Source: Myxococcota bacterium
GTDB lineage: Bacteria > Myxococcota_A > UBA9160 > UBA6930
Assembly: GCA_965223415.1 (NCBI GenBank)
Contig: OZ245002.1
Location: 5,280,001 to 5,344,000, forward strand
Direction of reading: 5' to 3'
Length of the DNA stretch: 64,000 bases
The position numbers and the translations under genes were made by a program. The notes beneath the pieces are model-generated. The model did no database searches and had not been told where the DNA came from. It saw nothing but the letters and a program-made list of their open reading frames with translations. Below, piece by piece: positions 58,704 through 64,000 of the stretch (positions within the stretch are counted from its first letter, which is position 1; each line of letters begins with the position of its first letter).

Positions 58704-60167
58704 GTGAAGGTCCAGATCCACGAACGCTTCGAGTCGGACCTTCCGGCCGACGACGACCACCCCTACCGCACCGGCGCGTGGCGCCCCCAGACCGTCGAGT
58801 ACGACGCCTGGAACCTCGAGGTCGAGGGCGAGATTCCCCGCGACCTGGCGGGCGTCTACCTGCGCAACACCGAGAACCCGCTCCTGCCCTCCATCGAGCG
58901 CTACCACCCCTTCGATGGCGACGGCATGCTGCACGCGATCTCCTTCGAGGACGGGACGGCGGTCTACCGCAATCGCTTCGTCCGCACCGACGGCTTTCGG
59001 GCGGAGCGGAATGCAGGCCGAGCGCTCTTCGCCGGCGCCGCCGAGAATCCCGGAAAGGCGGAGCGAAGCTGCGAGCTCGGAGCGCGCCCCAACATGAAGG
59101 ACGCGTCGAGCACCGACATCGTCGTCCACGGTGGCGTCGCGCTCTCGAGCTTCTGGCTCTGCGGCGACCTCTACCGCCACGACCCGCGCACCCTCGAGCC
59201 CCTCGGCAAGACCGACTTCGACGGCCGCTTCCCTACCGAGGGCGTGTCGGCCCACCCGAAAGTCGACGAGCGAAGCGGCGAGATGCTGTTCTTCAACTAC
59301 TCCACCCAGGCGCCCTACATGCACTATGGGGTCGTGGGAGCGGACGGCCGCCTCGCCCACTACACGGACGTTCCGCTCCCCGGTGCGCGTCTGCCCCACG
59401 ACATGGCCTTCACAGAGCACTACGCGATCGTGAACGACTGCCCCATGTTCTGGGATCCGGAGCTGCTGGCGCGCGGGCACCACGTCACCCGTTTCTACCC
59501 GGACCTGCCGACTCGCTTCGGCGTCGTCCCGCGGCACGGCGGGCCGGAGCCGGTGCGCTGGTTCGAGGCGGCCCCGACCTACGTGCTGCACTGGATCAAC
59601 GCCTACGAGGACGGGGACGAGATCGTGCTCGACGGCTTCTTCCAGGAGAACCCGTCGCCCTCGCGGCGGTCCGGCACGGGCCAGGGCGATCCGGTGTTCC
59701 GCTACCTCGATCTCCACGAGATGCGCGCCGTCCCGCGCCGGTGGCGCTTCGAGCTCTCGACCGGCGCTTGTCGCGAAGAGCCCTCGAGCGATCGGGTGAT
59801 GGAGTTCGGCATGATCAACGGCCGCCACGGCGGCCGCCGCCATCGCTACAGCTACAACGCCCTGCCCGCGAAGGGCTGGTTCGGGTTCGAGGGCGTGGTG
59901 AAGCAAGATCTCGAGGGCGGTCACGAGGAGGCGGTGGAGCTGCCGAGCGGAGTCTTCGCGAGCGAGACCGTCATGGCGCCCCGCATCGGCTCCGAGGCCG
60001 AGGACGACGGGTACCTCCTCACCTTCACCATGGACCTGAACCGCGACCTCTCCGAGTGCCTGGTCCTCGACGCCGCGCAGCCCGGCGCCGGGCCCGTCGC
60101 CCGCGTGGCCCTGCCGGAGCGCATCTGCTGCGGAACCCACGCCTTCTGGCACGCGGCCGACGCGTGA
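58704..60167 (+). CDS. Carotenoid cleavage oxygenase (RPE65/lignostilbene dioxygenase) family protein
   Basis: HPFDGDGM, YRNRFV, and four Fe-ligand His motifs: SAHPK, HDMAFT, LHWINAYE, GTH. Confidence 0.92.
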   Translation: MKVQIHERFESDLPADDDHPYRTGAWRPQTVEYDAWNLEVEGEIPRDLAGVYLRNTENPLLPSIERYHPFDGDGMLHAISFEDGTAVYRNRFVRTDGFRAERNAGRALFAGAAENPGKAERSCELGARPNMKDASSTDIVVHGGVALSSFWLCGDLYRHDPRTLEPLGKTDFDGRFPTEGVSAHPKVDERSGEMLFFNYSTQAPYMHYGVVGADGRLAHYTDVPLPGARLPHDMAFTEHYAIVNDCPMFWDPELLARGHHVTRFYPDLPTRFGVVPRHGGPEPVRWFEAAPTYVLHWINAYEDGDEIVLDGFFQENPSPSRRSGTGQGDPVFRYLDLHEMRAVPRRWRFELSTGACREEPSSDRVMEFGMINGRHGGRRHRYSYNALPAKGWFGFEGVVKQDLEGGHEEAVELPSGVFASETVMAPRIGSEAEDDGYLLTFTMDLNRDLSECLVLDAAQPGAGPVARVALPERICCGTHAFWHAADA

Positions 60168-60229
60168 GGCGCGCCGGGCTCGCCGCGCCGTGCGATATGC
60201 TTGGCGGCGTTGCACGACTGGAGTCGACC

Positions 60230-61570
60230 GTGGCCTCCCCCTCCCAGCTGAAACGGCTGGACCTCGAGCACCTCTGGCATCCGATGACCCAGCATCGCGG
60301 GCTCGAAGCGCGCATGCCGCGTCAGATCGTCTCGGGCTCGGGGGTCTACCTGACCGACGTGGACGGGAACCGCATCCTGGACGGGGTCTCCGGCCTCTGG
60401 TGCGTGAACGTGGGCTACGGCCGCGACGAGCTGGCCGACATCGCCCGCGAGCAGATGGCGAGGCTCCCGTACCTGCCCGGCACCCTCTCCCACGAGCCCG
60501 CCGCCCGGCTCGCCGCAAAGCTCGCCTCGATGCTCGGCTACCCGAGCAAGGTCTACTTCGTGAACAGCGGCTCCGAGGCCAACGAAGCCGCCTTCAAGAT
60601 CGCGCGCCAGTACCACGCCCAGACCGGGGCCCCCGGCCGCACCAAGATCATCGCCCGCTACCGGGGCTATCACGGCAACACCCTGGGCGCCCTCTCGGCC
60701 ACGGGCCAGGACGAGCGCAAGGACCGCTACGAGCCTCTCCTTCCGGGCTTCGTCCACATCGAGGCGCCGGATCCCTATCGCAGCGAGCGGGACGGCGCCG
60801 ACGCGCTGGAGGAGGCCCTCGAGCGGGAGGGGCCGGACACCGTAGCGGCCTTCATCATGGAGCCGGTCATCGCCGGGGGCGGCATCCTCGTCCCGCCCGA
60901 GGACTATCTGTCGCGGGTGCGGGAGATCTGCTCGCGCCACGGCGTCCTTCTCATCCTCGACGAGGTCGTGACCGGCTTCGGCCGCCTCGGCGCCGCCTTC
61001 GCGCACAAGCTGTACGGCGTGGAGCCGGATCTCCTGACCCTCGGCAAGGGCATCGCCAGCGGCTACCAGCCCCTGGCTGCGACCGTCGCCCGGCAGGAGA
61101 TCTTCGAGGCCTTCCTCGGCGAGCCCGACGAGCTCCGTCACTTCCGACACATCAACACCTACGGCGGCCACCCGGTCGCGACCGCCGTCGGCCTGCGCAA
61201 CATCGAGATCATGGAGCGGGAGCAGCTCTTCGAGCGCGCCGCCAAGCGGGGAGACGCCCTGCTCACCCGGCTGCGCCGGCTCGAGGAACATCCCAAGGTG
61301 GGCCAGGTGCGCGGCCGGGGGCTCCTGATCGGGATCGAGCTCGTGGAAGACAAGGCCTCGCGCGCTCCCCTGGACGCCGGGGAAACGGCGAAGGTCGTCT
61401 CGCGTTGCGGGCTGGACGGACTCCTCGTCGGCCGGACCACGAACACGAACCCCGGAATGGGCAACGTGCTCATCGTCGCGCCGCCGCTCGTGCTGAGCGA
61501 GACGGAGTCGGAGTTCCTGGCGACCACGCTGGAGCGGGCGATCCGCGAGGAGCTCCCGGCCGGATCGTGA
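60230..61570 (+). CDS. Class III aminotransferase, probably taurine:pyruvate aminotransferase
   Basis: LWHPMTQH, SGLWCVNVGYGR, SGSEANE, YHG.T, DEVVTGFGR, GKGIASGY. The Tpa call rests on linkage to xsc. GTG start with a GGAG SD. Confidence 0.85.
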   Translation: MASPSQLKRLDLEHLWHPMTQHRGLEARMPRQIVSGSGVYLTDVDGNRILDGVSGLWCVNVGYGRDELADIAREQMARLPYLPGTLSHEPAARLAAKLASMLGYPSKVYFVNSGSEANEAAFKIARQYHAQTGAPGRTKIIARYRGYHGNTLGALSATGQDERKDRYEPLLPGFVHIEAPDPYRSERDGADALEEALEREGPDTVAAFIMEPVIAGGGILVPPEDYLSRVREICSRHGVLLILDEVVTGFGRLGAAFAHKLYGVEPDLLTLGKGIASGYQPLAATVARQEIFEAFLGEPDELRHFRHINTYGGHPVATAVGLRNIEIMEREQLFERAAKRGDALLTRLRRLEEHPKVGQVRGRGLLIGIELVEDKASRAPLDAGETAKVVSRCGLDGLLVGRTTNTNPGMGNVLIVAPPLVLSETESEFLATTLERAIREELPAGS

Positions 61571-62691
61571 GGATCCTCGCGCTCAACGGGGGCAGCTCGT
61601 CCCTGCGCTGGGGCCTCTTCGAGCCGGAGACGGGCCGTGAGCTTGCCACCGGCGCCTTCGAGGAGGTGCGCGATCCGGAGGCGACCTGGGCCGGCGCGCG
61701 CCGGGAGCTCGCGGACCTCGCCCCGGACGCGGTGGGGCACCGCGTCGTGCACGGCGGCGAGCGCTTCACCGCCTCCGCCCGGGTCGACGACGAGGTCATG
61801 GCAGCGATCGAGGCCCAGATTCCAATGGCTCCGGTCCACAATCCGCGTTGCCTGCTCGGCATTCGCGAAGCCCGCGCGCTGTTCCCGGACGTGCCCCACG
61901 TCGCCGTCTTCGACACGGCCTTCCACCAGACGATGCCCCCCGCCGCCTACCGCTATGCCATCCCGCCCGGCTTCTACGAGCGCGACCGGATCCGGCGCTA
62001 CGGCTTTCACGGCACCTCCCACCGCCACGCCGCCGAACGCGCCGCGGAGCTCCTGGGGCGGGCGCCCGGGGACTTCACCGGCGTCACGGCGCACCTGGGC
62101 GGCGGCTGCTCGATCGCCTCGATCGAGGCCGGCCGCTGCGTCGATACCTCGATGGGCATGACGCCCCTCGAAGGGCTGATGATGGGAACACGCTCGGGCG
62201 ATCTCGACCCGGGCGTCGTCCTCGCCCTGGCCGCCAGCCCGGAGCTGGGCCCCGAACGAGTCGGACGGATCTTGAACGAAGAGAGCGGGCTGCTCGGCGT
62301 TTCGGGCGTGTCGAGCGACCTGCGGGAGGTGGAGGCCGCCGCCGAGGCGGGCGACCCGGACGCCGAGCTCGCGCGCTCGCTCTTCGCCCACCGCGTGCGG
62401 CGCGGCCTCGGCGCGGCCCTCGCGGTCCTCGGGCGCGCGGACGCCGTCGTGCTGACCGGCGGCATCGGCGAGCGCGCGGCGCCCATGCGCGCGCGCTTCC
62501 TGGGCGGGCTCGGCGGGCTCGGTCTCGAACTCGACCGGGAGGCCAACCGCGCACTCACCGATGGCGAGGGTCGGATTTCCACCCCCTCGTCGCCGATCGC
62601 AATCCTGATCGTTCGCGCGCGGGAGGAGTGGCTGATCGCCCGGGAGACCGCCGCGCTCCTGGCGCTCCCCCTCCCTCTCCATCCCGGCTAG
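61567..62691 (+). CDS. ackA: Acetate/propionate kinase
   Basis: LNGGSSS, GHRVVHGG, P.HNP, VFDTAFH, RRYGFHGTSH, DTSMGMTPLEG.MMGTRSGD, TGGIGE. GTGA overlap with the aminotransferase. Confidence 0.93.
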   Translation: MRILALNGGSSSLRWGLFEPETGRELATGAFEEVRDPEATWAGARRELADLAPDAVGHRVVHGGERFTASARVDDEVMAAIEAQIPMAPVHNPRCLLGIREARALFPDVPHVAVFDTAFHQTMPPAAYRYAIPPGFYERDRIRRYGFHGTSHRHAAERAAELLGRAPGDFTGVTAHLGGGCSIASIEAGRCVDTSMGMTPLEGLMMGTRSGDLDPGVVLALAASPELGPERVGRILNEESGLLGVSGVSSDLREVEAAAEAGDPDAELARSLFAHRVRRGLGAALAVLGRADAVVLTGGIGERAAPMRARFLGGLGGLGLELDREANRALTDGEGRISTPSSPIAILIVRAREEWLIARETAALLALPLPLHPG

Positions 62692-62733
62692 CATCCCCGT
62701 TTCGCGTCCGCTGCGACTTCGAGGAGAACCGCG

Positions 62734-64000
62734 ATGAAGATGACCACCGAAGAAGCCTTCGTGAAGGTCCTCCAGATGCACGGCATCGAGCATGCCTTCG
62801 GCATCATCGGCTCCGCCTTCATGCCGATCTCCGACCTGTTTCCGAGGGCCGGCATCACCTTCTGGGACGTCGCCCACGAAACCAACGGCGGCTACATCTG
62901 CGACGGCTTCACCCGCGCTTCCGGCAAGATGGGCATGGCCATCGCCCAGAACGGCCCGGGCATCACGGGCTTCGTGACCGCCATGAAGACCGCCTACTGG
63001 AACCACACGCCGATGCTGCTGGTGACGCCCCAGGCGGCGAACAAGACGATCGGCCAGGGTGGCTTCCAAGAGGTGGAGCAGCTCGGGATGTTCCGGGAGA
63101 TGGTCTGCTACCAGGAAGAGGTCCGCGATCCCTCGCGCATCGCGGAGGTGCTGAACCGCGTGATCCTCAAGGCCTGGCGGGGCTCGGCGCCGGCCCAGAT
63201 CAACGTGCCTCGCGACCTCTGGACCCAGGGGATCGACGTCGAGCTGCCCCAGGTGGTGCGCTTCGAGCGCCAGGGCGGAGGAAGGCAGGCCATCGCGGAG
63301 GCGGCGCGGCTCCTCTCCGAGGCGCGCTTCCCGGTCGTGCTGAACGGTGCGGGGGTGGTGCTCGGCGGCGCGATCGAGGCCTCGAAGGCCCTGGCCGAGC
63401 GGCTGAGCGCGCCGGTCTGCTGCAACTACCAGCACAACGACGCGTTCCCGGGCAGCCACCCGCTCGCCTGCGGCCCGCTCGGATACAACGGCTCGAAGGC
63501 CGCCATGGAGCTGATCGCGAAGGCGGACGTGGTGCTTGCCCTGGGCAACCGGCTGAATCCGTTCTCCACCCTTCCCTGCTACGGCATCGACTACTGGCCG
63601 GCGGAGGCGAAGATCATCCAGGTCGACGTCAATGCCGACCGGATCGGCCTCACCAAGAACGTGACGGTCGGGATCGAGGGCGATGCGAAGCTCGTGGCCG
63701 AGCAGGTCCTGCAGGCGCTCGAGGCCACAGCCGGCGACGCGGGCCGGGCCGAGCGCGAGGCGTTGATCGCAAGAAAGAAAGCCGATTGGAGCGAAGAGCT
63801 CGCCGGCATGGATCACGAAGACGACGACCCGGGCACGACCTGGAACGAGCGCGCGCGCAAGCGGGACGCGGAGCTCATGTCCGCCCGCCAAGCCTGGCGG
63901 GCGATCATGGAGGCGCTCCCGGAGGACGCGATCATCTCCTCGGACATCGGCAACAACTGCGCGATCGGCAACGCCTACCCGAGCTTCGAATCCGGCCGCA
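62734..64000 (+). CDS. xsc: Sulfoacetaldehyde acetyltransferase (3'-truncated by the window edge; absent from the ORF track)
   Basis: Manual translation: MKMTTEEAFVKVLQMHGIEHAFGIIGSAFMPISDLFP.AGITFWDVAHE, AQNGPG, YWNHTP, GGFQEVEQ, HNDAFPGSHPL, SSDIGNNCAIGNAYP. GAGGAG SD. Confidence 0.93.
   Translation, partial: MKMTTEEAFVKVLQMHGIEHAFGIIGSAFMPISDLFPRAGITFWDVAHETNGGYICDGFTRASGKMGMAIAQNGPGITGFVTAMKTAYWNHTPMLLVTPQAANKTIGQGGFQEVEQLGMFREMVCYQEEVRDPSRIAEVLNRVILKAWRGSAPAQINVPRDLWTQGIDVELPQVVRFERQGGGRQAIAEAARLLSEARFPVVLNGAGVVLGGAIEASKALAERLSAPVCCNYQHNDAFPGSHPLACGPLGYNGSKAAMELIAKADVVLALGNRLNPFSTLPCYGIDYWPAEAKIIQVDVNADRIGLTKNVTVGIEGDAKLVAEQVLQALEATAGDAGRAEREALIARKKADWSEELAGMDHEDDDPGTTWNERARKRDAELMSARQAWRAIMEALPEDAIISSDIGNNCAIGNAYPSFESGR

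Noticed and set aside
58031..62691. ORF-track fusions suggesting giant aminotransferase or acetate kinase proteins
   Set aside because: The N-terminal parts are off-frames of upstream genes. The true starts are GTG 60230 (SD) and GTG 61567 (stop-start overlap).

Overview
A very GC-rich bacterial chromosomal window. The gene order (rpsB-tsf-pyrH-frr-uppS-dxr-rseP-tsaB, ilvC-psd-pssA, secA-argJ, nadK-recN) is compatible with a Myxococcota/deltaproteobacterial-type genome, but this is inference, not a taxonomic assignment. About 1-20.4 kb is core housekeeping. About 20.5-64 kb is catabolic/accessory: two K+ channels, two cytochrome P450s, one intact IS5-family element with a CTAG target duplication, an acoABXCL-type 2-oxoacid/acetoin dehydrogenase operon, a Baeyer-Villiger monooxygenase, a GH51 glycosidase, a TetR-linked steroid-side-chain-like beta-oxidation/retro-aldol cluster (split ChsH2, Ltp2-like, FadE26/27-like, tandem CoA-transferase), an uncharacterised Mo-enzyme/DapB-like pair, a carotenoid-oxygenase-family gene and a tpa-ackA-xsc taurine module running off the right edge. 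The most notable non-coding signals are: a perfect 35-bp nested inverted repeat with a degenerate sibling (each supplying a stop codon), a 32-bp duplication creating an Arg-rich uORF coupled to argJ, a structured leader upstream of ilvC, a tandem candidate TetR operator, and a bidirectional sigma54-like motif. No rRNA, tRNA or CRISPR array was seen. All product calls come from motif recognition only; no database searches were run.
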